This document shows, piece by piece, positions 9,436 to 17,962 of a stretch of 28,771 nucleotides of DNA. Every line of letters begins with the position of its first letter. Position 1 is the first letter of the stretch. The position numbers and the translations under genes were made by a program. Origin of the DNA: an uncultured delta proteobacterium (GTDB lineage: Bacteria; Myxococcota_A; UBA9160; UBA4427); contig CAWGJT010000002.1 of the NCBI GenBank assembly GCA_963822965.1, positions 1 through 28,771 of the forward strand, in the 5' to 3' direction. Below the pieces are notes generated by a model, which saw nothing but the letters and a program-made list of their open reading frames with translations, did not search any database and was not told the origin of the DNA.

Positions 9436-10563
9436 ATGCCCGCGCCCGTAGGAAGAGATCTCGAACGCACCCGGGTGCAGCTCGAGGGCTGGCTGCCCGA
9501 TCGTCTCGCGGAGCGCTTCGGGCCCGTGCGCGACGTGCGCGTGGGAGAGCTGCACGGACCCGAGGCGACGGGCTTCTCGAGCGACACCCTGATGCTCGAC
9601 GTGAGCTTCGCGGGCGGCGATCCGGCCGGCGATCCGGACGTCGTGCCGGACGGGTCGGGGCGTCACGCGCTCGGGCTCGTGGCGCGCATCCGGCCGAGCC
9701 GCATGTTCCTGTTTCCCGAGTACGATCTCGAGGCGCAGTACCGAATCCTCCAGGCCCTCGAGCCCACGTCCGTTCCCGTGCCCCGGCCGTTCTGGCAGGA
9801 GACCTCCGGCGACGTCATCGGCGCGCCCTTCTACCTGATGGGACGGGTCGAAGGGCGCGTGCCGGCCGACAACCCGCCCTACAACGCGGCGGGCTGGGTG
9901 ACGGAGCTCGAGCCGGAAGATCGCGCCGCCATGTGGCGCAGCTACCTCGAGACCCTGGTGGCGATCCGCCGCCTCGACCCGCAGGAGCGCGGCCTCGCGT
10001 TTCTCGCGAAGCCCGAGCTCGGCGACACGCCCCTGGCCCAGGAGCTCGGCTACTACGAGCGCTATCTCGAGTGGATCTACGCAGGCCGCGAGCACCCCCA
10101 GGTCTCGGTCTCCCTGCCGTGGCTGCGCGCGAACCCGCCCGCGCCGCAGGGGCCTCCCGTGCTGTCCTGGGGCGACGCCCGCATCGGCAACATCCTCTTC
10201 CGGGAGAACCGCTGCGTGGCGGTGCTCGACTGGGAGATGGCGCGCCTGGGCGATCCCCGCATGGATCTCGCCTGGGGGCTCTTCCTCGATCGCTACCACA
10301 GCGAGGGAAGCGGCCTCGCCCGGCTGCCGGGCTTCCCCGATCGCGAGACCACGATCCGGCAGTACGAGGAGATCAGCGGAGAGCCCGTGCGCGATCTCGA
10401 GTACTTCGAGGTGCTGGCCGGCATGCGCTTCTCGGTGATCCTCACGCGCCTCGCCCAGCAGCTCATGGACCAGGAGTTCCTCCCGAAGGACAGCGACTTC
10501 GAGTGGAACAACCCCGTGGCCAACCTCCACGCCCGCCAGCTCGACGAGCTGGGAATCCGCTAG
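9436..10563 (+). CDS. Phosphotransferase family protein (APH/ACAD10-like kinase fold)
   Basis: GFSSDT, VPVPRP, GAPFYLMGRVEG, WGDARIGNILF, AVLDWEMARLGDPRMDLAW. Confidence 0.88.
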   Translation: MPAPVGRDLERTRVQLEGWLPDRLAERFGPVRDVRVGELHGPEATGFSSDTLMLDVSFAGGDPAGDPDVVPDGSGRHALGLVARIRPSRMFLFPEYDLEAQYRILQALEPTSVPVPRPFWQETSGDVIGAPFYLMGRVEGRVPADNPPYNAAGWVTELEPEDRAAMWRSYLETLVAIRRLDPQERGLAFLAKPELGDTPLAQELGYYERYLEWIYAGREHPQVSVSLPWLRANPPAPQGPPVLSWGDARIGNILFRENRCVAVLDWEMARLGDPRMDLAWGLFLDRYHSEGSGLARLPGFPDRETTIRQYEEISGEPVRDLEYFEVLAGMRFSVILTRLAQQLMDQEFLPKDSDFEWNNPVANLHARQLDELGIR

Positions 10564-10757
10564 TGTCCCGTTCCAGAAGTTCGCTGTCGAAGTCGACGCG
10601 CCTTCGATCCGTCTCGGCATGCACCGATGACGCTTCCGCGGCCCGCTGCCAAGGCGCGCGACCGAGGCATAGCCGCGCTACGGCGACGGGAGCGCAACGC
10701 AGGCGGCGGGCCGCGGGGGCGGCCGAATGCAAGCGAACTTCTGGGACGGGACACTGG
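10560..10757. mobile_element. MITE-like hairpin element, copy 2 (inverted relative to copy 1)
   Basis: CTAGTGTCCCGTTCCAGAAGTTCGCT ... AGCGAACTTCTGGGACGGGACACTGG (24/26 inverted repeat). Core 10650-10702 matches the reverse complement of 7709-7761 at 51/53 positions. Confidence 0.8.
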
Positions 10758-10775
10758 CTGCGTGCGGCTCCGTGC

Positions 10776-12170
10776 GTGCTGCTCGGACTCGCGCTCCTCG
10801 CCTGTGGCGGCGCCCGCGAGCCGGCGAACCTCGTGCTGATCGTGGTGGATACGCTTCGCCTCGACCACCTCGGGGTGTACGGTTCACCCCGCGACACCTC
10901 ACCCGCCATCGACGCCTTCGCGAAGAGCGGCGTCCGCTTCGACCGCGCCTACGCGACGGCGCCCTGGACCCAGCCCTCGATCGCCTCGATCCTCACCGGG
11001 CTGCCCCCGGAGAGCCACGGCGCCGACCTGCTGCTGCGGTCGCTGCCGGACTCGGCCTACACGCTGGCGGAACGCCTCCGGGACGCGGGCTACGAGACCG
11101 GCGCGGTGGTGAGCCACTACCTGATCGGTCCGCGCTTCGGCTTCCAGCAGGGCTTCGACACCTTCGTGCACGGCACCGCGCTCGGGCCCGGGCGCTTCTC
11201 GACGCCGGGGGTCTCGGCGCGGGCGACCGAGCTGCTCTCCCGCTACGCGGTGGAGAAGCGTCCCTTCTTCCTGTTCCTGCACTACTTCGACCCGCACTAC
11301 TCGTACGAGCGCCACGAGGGCGTGGGCTTCGCGGCGAAGGAGGGCGCGGGCCGCCTCACCGGTCGCGAGTCGGTCGAGGCCCTGCGCGATCTCGACCCAC
11401 CGCCCGACGCGGGCGAGCGCGCCTTCGTCCGCGACCTCTACGACGAGGAGGTGCGCTTCACGGACACCGGCATCGGCACGGTGCTGCGCACGCTCTCGCG
11501 CCTCGCGCTCGACGAGAAGACGGTCGTCGTGCTCGTCGGGGACCACGGCGAGGAGTTCTGGGACCGGGGCTGGCTCGGACACACGCGCACGCTCCACGAG
11601 GAGCTGGTGCGGGTCCCCCTGGTGATCCGGGCGCCGGGCGGCGCGCCCGGCGTCGTCTCGCAGCCGGTCTCGCTCGTGGACCTGCTGCCCACCCTGCTCG
11701 ATCTGCTGCAGGTGCGCGTCTCGGAGCGGCACCTCGCCGCCCGCTCGTTCGCACCGCGCCTGCATGCGGGCGGGGAGGCGAGCGGCTCGCCGGGCCCCAT
11801 CTATCTCTCCACCGCGTACCGATTGGAGGCGGGAAGCGGGGGCGAGGGCGCCGTCGAGGATCGTCCCGGCCTCGCCGGCCGTGAGGTGCTTCGCAAGCGC
11901 GCGGTGGTGGACGGCGGCTTCAAGCTCGTCGAGGATCGCAACCGCGGCACGCTCTCCCTGTACGACCTGGATCGCGACCCGCAGGAACGTCACGATCTGC
12001 TGCCGTCGTCGGATCCGAAGGTCACGGCCGAGCGCGAGCGCCTGGTGAACGAGCTCGCGTCTTCGTCCCGGCGCTTCGAAGCCGAGCGGCTCGCCGGCGC
12101 CGAGGAGGCGGCGGCACCCTCGCCCGAGGAGGCACGGATGCTGCGCGAGCTGGGCTACGTCGCGGAGTAG
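10776..12170 (+). CDS. Sulfatase-like hydrolase, probable lipoprotein; start uncertain (10776 or 10563)
   Basis: Lipobox-like LALLAC; NLVLIVVDTLRLDHLG; APWTQPSIASILTG; FLHYFDPH; YDEEVRFTD; GDHGEEF; LYDLDRDPQE; LRELGY. Confidence 0.88.
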   Translation: MLLGLALLACGGAREPANLVLIVVDTLRLDHLGVYGSPRDTSPAIDAFAKSGVRFDRAYATAPWTQPSIASILTGLPPESHGADLLLRSLPDSAYTLAERLRDAGYETGAVVSHYLIGPRFGFQQGFDTFVHGTALGPGRFSTPGVSARATELLSRYAVEKRPFFLFLHYFDPHYSYERHEGVGFAAKEGAGRLTGRESVEALRDLDPPPDAGERAFVRDLYDEEVRFTDTGIGTVLRTLSRLALDEKTVVVLVGDHGEEFWDRGWLGHTRTLHEELVRVPLVIRAPGGAPGVVSQPVSLVDLLPTLLDLLQVRVSERHLAARSFAPRLHAGGEASGSPGPIYLSTAYRLEAGSGGEGAVEDRPGLAGREVLRKRAVVDGGFKLVEDRNRGTLSLYDLDRDPQERHDLLPSSDPKVTAERERLVNELASSSRRFEAERLAGAEEAAAPSPEEARMLRELGYVAE

Positions 12171-12320
12171 CACGCCTCCGTTCCCCCGGTCGCGGGGCTA
12201 CGCTTCTTGGTGGCCCGCGGAGGGCCGAGCGGCCGGATGCGGCGCCGCGGTCGATTGTCCTTGGCCCGACGCGACGCTCCATGAGATGCTGCGCCCGATT
12301 CCGTCCCGAGGAGATTGCCG

Positions 12321-13045
12321 ATGCGTGTATCCCGGACCGGGCGCGAGCCGTTGCGACGGTCTCTCCTGCTGCTGGCCCTCCCCTTGTCCTGTCGATGTGG
12401 ACCGCTCCCGCCGCCCGGGCCGTTCCGCTGCTGCTCGAGATCACCGCGACGCGCGTCAGCGTGAACGTGTCCGACGTCGAGTTCCCGGACGGCTCGACGG
12501 CCGGCACGCCCGGGCATGCGGACGTGGACCTGACGATCCGGGCGACCTACGACAGCGGCGACGTCGGTGTCGACCTGTCCGGCCTTCCCTTCCTCCCCGG
12601 CGACCTGGCGAACATCACGCTCGAGTTCACGGGCGGGGCCGGAAGCTACCCCGTGACGGGCGGGTTCATGGGACTCGTTCGTCCCACCGCCGCGGGCTTC
12701 GAGGCGCGCGTCGGGGTCGAGGACGACAGCGGGTACTACGGCTTCTCCCTGATCCCGCCGGACGGAGCCCTCTCGCCGATCGACTTCGCGGCCCCGTACG
12801 CCAGGACGACCGTCGCCCTGGACCGCGTGGCCGGCGGCTACTTCCCGACGGACTGGGCGAGCGGCTCGCCGCCGCAGGGTCCCTGGCTCTTCGTCCAGGC
12901 GGCTTCCTCGGTGGGCGCCACCTACTCGGTGGAGATCCGCGCCGTTCCCGAGCCGTCGACGGGGGTCCTCGCGGCGCTGGGCCTGGTCTGCATCGCCTGC
13001 GTGCGCACCGCAGGGGCCCGGGTCGGCGCTAGCGCTCCGGGGTGA
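12321..13045 (+). CDS. PEP-CTERM surface protein of unknown function; one frameshift near 12381
   Basis: GAGGAGA precedes ATG 12321 (MRVSRTGREPLRRSLLLLALP). Adding one C in the C-run continues LVLSMWTAPAARA|VP. C-terminus VPEPSTGVLAALGLVCIACVR. Confidence 0.75.
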
Positions 13046-14273
13046 AGCGCACGGGCAGGCTCTTGATGCTGCTCACCACCGTCGAGCGCAGGCGACGCAC
13101 GGGCCCGGACACCTCGATGTCCGGCAGTCGGCGCAGCAGCTCGTCGAACATGCACTGGATCTCCATGCGCGCGAGGTTCGCACCCAGGCAGTAGTGGGGC
13201 CCGTAGCCGAAGGCCACGTGCGGGTTCGGGTCGCGGGTCACGTCGAAGTGGTCCGGGTCTTCGAAGACGGCGGGGTCGCGATTCGCGGCGGGATAGCAGA
13301 GCACGACCTTGTCGTCCTCGGCGATCTTCCGGCCGCGCAGCTCCACGTCGCGGGTCGCCGTGCGCCGCATGCTGATCACCGGGCTCACGAAGCGCAGGAT
13401 CTCGTCGGTGGCTCGCGGCAGCAGCCCCCGGTCGCGAAGCAGGCGCTGCTTCTGCTCGGGATGCTCGGAGAGGGCCAGCATCCCGCCCGAGATGGCGTTG
13501 CGGGTGGTCTCGTTGCCGGCCAGGATCAGCAGCACGAAGAACATGTTGAAGCCGAGCTCGCCCAGCTTCTCGCCGTCGACCTCCGCGTGCAGGAGCACCG
13601 AGGTGAGGTCCTCGCGCGGATCGTCCCGGCGCAGCTTCGCCAGCGCACCGGCATACTCGAACATCTCGAGCATCGTGTCCTGCTGTCCGGTAGGGGCCCC
13701 GAGGTCGGGGTCTTCGAAGCCGATCAGGCGGTTGCTCCAGTCGAAGAGCTTGGCGCGGTCCTCCGCCGGTGCGCCCACCAGCTCGGCGATCACCAGCAGC
13801 GGCAGCTCGGCGGCCACGTCGGCGACGAAGTCGCACTCGCCCCGGCCGGCGACGCGGTCGACGACGCTCCGGGTCAGGTCGCGAATGTGCTGCTCCATGC
13901 GATGGATCATGCGCGGCGTGAAGCCCGCATTGACGAGCTTGCGCAGCCGCGTGTGGCGCGGGTGGTCCTGGTTGATCATCCACAGGCGCAGTCGATCCAG
14001 CAGGTCGGGCGAGATGTCGCGCACGACGTGGTGCCCGCGCTCGGAGGAGAAGGTGGCCTGGTCGCGCGAGATGGCCTGCAGGTCGTCGTAGCGGGTGACC
14101 AGCCAGAAGCCGCGCGGCTCGGGCCAGTCCTCCATGCCCGAAGGCGGGGGACGGGGCGCCGCCTCCTGCCAGTAGATCGGGTCGTTCCGGCGCACCCGCG
14201 CGAAGGCGTCGTGGGGCATGCCGCGCTCGAAGGTCTCGGGATCGGAGAAGTCGGGGATCCGGGCGTTGCGCAA
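13029..14273 (-). CDS. Cytochrome P450
   Basis: I-helix AGNETT, ExxR (EILR), heme motif FGYGPHYCLG; TTG start follows GGAGGG. Confidence 0.95.
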   Translation of the reverse strand: MRNARIPDFSDPETFERGMPHDAFARVRRNDPIYWQEAAPRPPPSGMEDWPEPRGFWLVTRYDDLQAISRDQATFSSERGHHVVRDISPDLLDRLRLWMINQDHPRHTRLRKLVNAGFTPRMIHRMEQHIRDLTRSVVDRVAGRGECDFVADVAAELPLLVIAELVGAPAEDRAKLFDWSNRLIGFEDPDLGAPTGQQDTMLEMFEYAGALAKLRRDDPREDLTSVLLHAEVDGEKLGELGFNMFFVLLILAGNETTRNAISGGMLALSEHPEQKQRLLRDRGLLPRATDEILRFVSPVISMRRTATRDVELRGRKIAEDDKVVLCYPAANRDPAVFEDPDHFDVTRDPNPHVAFGYGPHYCLGANLARMEIQCMFDELLRRLPDIEVSGPVRRLRSTVVSSIKSLPVRFTPER

Positions 14274-14343
14274 GGCCAGCCCTCCGGTGGGCGCGTGCAG
14301 AACGGACCGGAGCCTACACCAGCGCCCGATCCGTCGCGCCCGG

Positions 14344-14381
14344 GGCGGAGGCCGGAGGAGGACGGCGGAGGCCGGAGGAGG
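14344..14381. repeat. Tandem 18-bp direct repeat GGCGGAGGCCGGAGGAGG x2 (20-bp period)
   Basis: Exact copies at 14344-14361 and 14364-14381, between the GH2 stop and the P450 start. Confidence 0.8.
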
Positions 14382-14387
14382 CGCGGA

Positions 14388-16125
14388 TCAGTCGCCGTCG
14401 TCGCGCACCCGCTGGGCGAGCTCGTGGTAGTAGGCCTGCAGCACCCCGAACGCCTGCTTGCGGTGTCCCCGCTCGGAGACGAGACCCTTGCGGTTGTAGT
14501 AGTCCTGCACGTCCTTCAGCACCCGCCGCGGGGAGCGGAAGTCCTTGAGGATCCACGGGGAGAGACCGGCCAGGAACGGGATCTGCTTCATCATGGCGAT
14601 CTGCTCCTCGTAGACCCGAGCCTGGTGGATCTCGGTGAAGAGCGTCTTCTCGTCGCCCGGCACGCCCTGCACCGCGCCCGCGCCGAGCTCGCTCATGACG
14701 AGCGGCTTGTCCCAGCTCGAAGACCACCGCACCGATGCCACTTCGTCGAGCTCGCCGTAGTACCAGCCCAGGTACTCGTTGCACCCCATCACGTCCAGGT
14801 GGCGGCCGATGGGATCGTCGATGTGCATGCCGTCGCCGGTCATGCGCGCCATCAGGGCCGCAGTGAGGAGCCGGGTGCCGTCGAGCTCGCGCGCGTGCCG
14901 GGTGAGCTCTTCCAGGAAGGCCAGGCGGGCGTCGGTGGAGGGGCTCTCGTTGGAGACCGACCACAGGATCACCGCGGCGCGGTTGCGGTCGCGCGCGATC
15001 AGCTCGCCGAGCTGGGCCTTGGCGTTGGCGAGGGTCTCGGGCACGTCCCACGAGATGTTCCAGTAGACGGGGATTTCGGCCCACACCAGCAGCCCCATCT
15101 CGTCCGCCACCCGGGTCATCGTCTCGTCGTGGGGATAGTGGGCGAGGCGCACGAAGTTGCAGCCGAGGTCGCGGGCCCAGCCGAGGAGCGTGCGAGCGTC
15201 GTCTTCGCCGAAGGCACGGCCCGGACGGTTCGGGGCCTCTTCGTGGAGGCTGATGCCGCGCAGGAACACGGGCTCGCCGTTCAGCAGGATCTCGTGGCCC
15301 CGGACGCCCACGGTGCGGAAGCCGATCGCCTCGCACACCCGGTCCGTGCCGGCGTCGATCACCACCTCGTAGCGACGAGGGCTCTCGGGCGACCAGCGCT
15401 CGGGGGAGGCGTCGAGCGCGAAGCGGCCGCGTCCCGACCTCGTCCGTGCGCAGCCGCGCCTCGGCGCCGAGCTCGGGCAGGCGCACCGTCACCTCGCGCG
15501 CCGCCGCCTCCGGTCCGTCCAGCGCCACCCAGCCCTCGACGCCGCCCGAGGCGCCCAGCTGCACCGCGTACTCTCGCACGAACGTGTCGGGCACGCGGAC
15601 GAGCTGTACGGCGCGCGTGAGACCGCCGTAGTTCCACCAGTCGGTGCTGGTGGTCGGGACGGCGTCGCGGTGGCGCTTGTTGTCCACCTTGGCGATGACG
15701 AAGTTCCGGCCGCTCTCGGCCAGGCCGTCGGTGATCTCGAACTCGAACGGCGTGAAGCCCCCTTCGTGGCGTCCGAGCCGCTCGCCGTTCAGCCAGGCGA
15801 TCGTCTCGTAGTTGGCGCCGCCGAAGTGCAGGAAGACGCGGGTGCCCGGGGTGCGCGCCAGCCGGAAGTCGCGCTTGTACCAGACGGTGCCTTCGTAGAA
15901 GAAGAGCCGCTCGTCCTGGGAGTTCCAGTCGCCGGGCACGTCGAGCAGGTCGGCGCGGTCCCAGTCGTACTCCGAGAGGGCGGGGCGCATGGGCAGGTTG
16001 CGGAACCAGCCGTGGTCCCAGGGCTGGCCGTGGAAGCCGTAGTAGCCCGCCTCGTAGGGATCGACGATCACGCGCCAGCGGCCGGAGAGGTCGACACGGT
16101 CGCGGTCCGGGAGGTTGGCGATCAT
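14388..16125 (-). CDS. uidA: Beta-glucuronidase, glycoside hydrolase family 2; one frameshift near 15439
   Basis: VPGDWNSQ, YEGTVWY, HEGGFTPF, DWWNYGGLTR; ISLHEE, RLAHYPH, WSVSNE (acid/base), MSELG (nucleophile), YYNRKGL (N-K motif typical of glucuronidases). Confidence 0.88.
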
Positions 16126-16175
16126 GGCCGAACGGTATCGCAGCGGGGGATGCGCTCGCGGGGTAGGCTGACCGG
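16126..16175. promoter_or_regulatory. Back-to-back putative -10 boxes for leaderless uidA and xseA transcripts
   Basis: Minus strand: TACCGT (16137-16132), 6 nt, then ATG 16125. Plus strand: TAGGCT (16164-16169), 6 nt, then ATG 16176. No convincing Shine-Dalgarno before either start. Confidence 0.5.
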
Positions 16176-17432
16176 ATGGATCGCCCTGCCTCGCCCCAAC
16201 CGGAGTCGTCCCGCGAGCGGCGCGTGTTCCGGGTGGGCGCGCTGCTCGAGGGTCTCTCGCGCCTGCTCGAAGACCAGGTGGGCCGCCTGTGGGTGATGGG
16301 CGAGGTGAGCAATCTGCACCGGGCCGGCTCCGGACACGTCTACTTCACGCTCAAGGACGAGAGCGGGCAGGTTCGGGCGGCGCTGTTCCGCAGCGCGGCG
16401 CGCCGGCTCCCGTTCGAGCTGGAAGAGGGCGCCGAGGTGCTCGTGTACGCCGACGTCTCGATCTACGCGTCGCGCGGCGACCTGCAGCTCATCGTCCGGC
16501 AGGTGGAGCCGCGAGGGGTGGGCGCGCTGCAGCTCGCCGTCGAGCAGCTGCGCCGGCGCCTCGAGGCGGAGGGCCTCTTCGATCCCGCGCGCAAGCGCGC
16601 GCTGCCCAGGCACCCCCGCCGCATCGGGGTCGTGACCTCCGCCCATGGCGCGGCCATCCGCGACGTGATCGAGGTGGCGGGACAGCGATCCCCGGGCACG
16701 CCGCTCCTGGTCTCGGCGGCGCGCGTCCAGGGCGCGGGCTCCGAGAGCGAGATCGCCCGGGCCCTGGATCGCGTCACGAGCGCGGTCGGACGCGCCGACG
16801 TGGACGTCGTGCTGCTGGTGCGCGGCGGTGGCTCGCTGGAAGACCTGATGAGCTTCAACAGCGAGGTCGTGGTGCGGGCCATCGCGCGCTGTCCCGTGCC
16901 GGTGGTCTCGGGGGTGGGCCACGAGGTGGACGTGACCCTGGCCGACCTGGTGGCGGACGCCCGGGCGCCGACGCCGTCCGCGGCCGCGGCCGCGGCGCTG
17001 CCCGATCGGGCGGCACTCGCCGCGAACCTGGCGCGCGACGGGCGCCGGCTCGCGGCCGCCATGCGCGCCGTGCTCCTGGAGGCGCGCCGGAGCCTGGCTC
17101 GGGAGCGGGACGCCCTGCGGGTGCTGGCGCCCACGGCCCGTCTTGCCTCCCAGCGCGCCAGGCTGCAGACCGCGGTACGCGGGCTCCTGCGCGAGGGCCG
17201 CGGCGGCCTCGCCCAGCGGCGCACGCGACTCGCGGGTCTGCTCGGCCGTCTGGACTCGCTCTCGCCCCTGGCGGTGCTCGCCCGGGGCTACGCGATGGTG
17301 CGGCGGGAGCGCGACGACACCATCGTGCGCCGCCCGCAGGAGGCGCCGTCCGGAGAGCGGCTGCGCATCCGGCTGGCCGAAGGCGAGATCGTCGGGGTGT
17401 CGGCGGGAAGCCCGGACGCGGCTGCGGACTGA
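16176..17432 (+). CDS. xseA: Exodeoxyribonuclease VII large subunit
   Basis: GEVSN...SGHVYFTLKD, RGDLQL, EGLFD, VRGGGSLEDL, VSGVGHEVD, APTPSAAA, LSPLAVLARGYA. Confidence 0.96.
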   Translation: MDRPASPQPESSRERRVFRVGALLEGLSRLLEDQVGRLWVMGEVSNLHRAGSGHVYFTLKDESGQVRAALFRSAARRLPFELEEGAEVLVYADVSIYASRGDLQLIVRQVEPRGVGALQLAVEQLRRRLEAEGLFDPARKRALPRHPRRIGVVTSAHGAAIRDVIEVAGQRSPGTPLLVSAARVQGAGSESEIARALDRVTSAVGRADVDVVLLVRGGGSLEDLMSFNSEVVVRAIARCPVPVVSGVGHEVDVTLADLVADARAPTPSAAAAAALPDRAALAANLARDGRRLAAAMRAVLLEARRSLARERDALRVLAPTARLASQRARLQTAVRGLLREGRGGLAQRRTRLAGLLGRLDSLSPLAVLARGYAMVRRERDDTIVRRPQEAPSGERLRIRLAEGEIVGVSAGSPDAAAD

Positions 17433-17505
17433 GCGCGCTCGCGACCGCCCGGCTCTCGATGCTGAAAAACCTTTCTAGATCAGGTGTTTTCGCGTCCACA
17501 AGCGA

Positions 17506-17534
17506 TTGACTCGCCGGTCGCCTGCCAGTAACTT
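17506..17534 (+). promoter_or_regulatory. Putative sigma70-type promoter for xseB-ispA-dxs-tlyA
   Basis: TTGACT (17506-17511), 17-bp spacer, TAACTT (17529-17534), ending 10 nt before ATG 17545. Confidence 0.55.
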
Positions 17535-17544
17535 CGCTCCTCTC

Positions 17545-17895
17545 ATGGCCAAGGCCAAAGCGTCCCCGCCGAGAGCCGGGAGCGACGACGGAAGCACCGG
17601 GACAGACGAAGGCGGGGAGCCGCTCGCGTTCGAGGCGTCGCTCCAGCGTCTCGAGCAGGTGGTGGACCGGCTCGAGCAGGGCGACCTCGAGCTCGAGACG
17701 TCTCTGGCGGCGTTCGAGGAAGGGGTGCGGCTGGCGCGCCGCTGTGCGTCCCAGCTCGAGGCGGCGGAGCAGAAGATCGAGATCCTGATGCAGGAGGGCG
17801 GCAAGTGGCTGGCCCGACCCTTCTCGGGGGAACAGACCGGCGAGGTCCCCGAAGCAGCGCTGGATCTCGACCCGGACTCCTTCGACGAGGGTTGA
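17545..17895 (+). CDS. xseB: Exodeoxyribonuclease VII small subunit
   Basis: FEASLQRLEQVVDRLEQGDLELETSLAAFEEGVRLARRCASQLEAAEQKIEIL; lies between xseA and ispA. Confidence 0.93.
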   Translation: MAKAKASPPRAGSDDGSTGTDEGGEPLAFEASLQRLEQVVDRLEQGDLELETSLAAFEEGVRLARRCASQLEAAEQKIEILMQEGGKWLARPFSGEQTGEVPEAALDLDPDSFDEG

Positions 17896-17962
17896 AGGCG
17901 GGCTCCGGGCCCGAACCGGGGCGCGCCGGCGGCGGAGCGGCGGCGCGAGACGTGCCGAGCGG

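Noticed and set aside
10560..10868. Small ORFs over the repeat element (10560-10868 minus, 10627-10839 plus, and the start of 6180-7775 minus) as a novel protein family
   Set aside because: Their mutual similarity (KARDRG...LRRRERNA) is explained by DNA-level homology of the two element copies; conservation follows base pairing, not codons.
9252..12170. 972-aa ORF as a giant sulfatase
   Set aside because: The first ~435 residues are an alternative frame of ctpA and the phosphotransferase; only the part from 10563 or 10776 is plausible.
13194..15620. Long antisense ORFs such as 13194-15620, 7895-9430 and 10899-12173
   Set aside because: Shadows of real genes on the opposite strand, expected with strong GC3 bias; no recognisable motifs.
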